DNA of 63,180 nucleotides, filler included. It is 5 parts of 5 records of this genome, joined end to end, with 100 filler letters (N's around TTAATTAATTAA, not from the genome) between each part and the next. Parts side by side here need not be neighbours in the genome. Positions count along the whole stretch, not along the records: positions 56,187 to 63,180 come from SRR2962707_2600; 4 more parts are not named here. One strand, 5' to 3'. Under the pieces are notes generated by a model, which was given only the letters and a program-made list of their open reading frames with translations, made no database searches and was not told the origin of the DNA. A program made the translations under genes and the position numbers. Shown here piece by piece: positions 63,016-63,180 of this stretch (its first letter is position 1; the number at the start of each line of letters is the position of its first letter).

Positions 63016-63180
63016 ATGGCCGATGCGCCAGACGCAAATGTGCCGTCGATTCTTTCGGCCAGCCGCATCTCTAAGTCCTTCGGTGAAATCCCGGTGCTTT
63101 TCAGCATCGACTTCGATGTTCGCCCCGGTGAAGTTCACGCCATTATCGGTGAGAACGGCGCCGGCAAATCCACCCTGATC
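63016..63180 (+). CDS. Sugar ABC ATP-binding protein, N-terminal part (window edge)
   Basis: GGAGG RBS; MADAPDANVPSILSASRISKSFG...GEVHAIIGENGAGKSTL (Walker A). Confidence 0.92.
   Translation, partial: MADAPDANVPSILSASRISKSFGEIPVLFSIDFDVRPGEVHAIIGENGAGKSTLI

Overview
This window is not one locus. It is five unrelated contigs joined by artificial 100-nt N/TTAATTAATTAA/N linkers at 17607-17706, 38278-38377, 44069-44168 and 56087-56186. Taxonomic labels below are impressions from gene content and composition. (1) 1-17606, high-GC alphaproteobacterium, Rhodospirillales-like: pyrG', secG, a ~6 kb accessory insert, tpiA, ppiD, trpE, a divergent deacetylase, a response regulator, trpGDC, moaC, moeA and lexA'. 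(2) 17707-38277, Marinobacter-like gammaproteobacterium: 'ileS-lspA-fkpB-ispH, a type IV minor pilin cluster, pilRS, nadE, bamD, rluD, pgeF and clpB'. (3) 38378-44068, a eukaryote (protist-like) with an intron-containing EF-hand gene and a SNAP-25-like Qb-PH-Qc SNARE. (4) 44169-56086, AT-rich Pseudoalteromonas-like: decaying integron-type cassettes (one encoding a miniature FliF), then DUF924, a PQQ sugar dehydrogenase, Nramp, NhaD, nitroreductase/LysR and an RND pump. (5) 56187-63180, Devosia-like alphaproteobacterium: GH38 alpha-mannosidase, sugar ABC genes and two LacI regulators. The best candidate for an undescribed system is the secG-tpiA insert. It looks like a polymorphic toxin locus: a peptidoglycan-binding-like N-terminus with a colicin-M-like C-terminus, a membrane-anchored candidate immunity gene, an orphan toxin tip broken by a 19-bp duplication, a second paralogous immunity gene, and a relic of the toxin's central motif. 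Next to it are secreted-protein genes that share a 33-nt leader able to occlude the Shine-Dalgarno sequence. All family assignments are by eye, without database searches.
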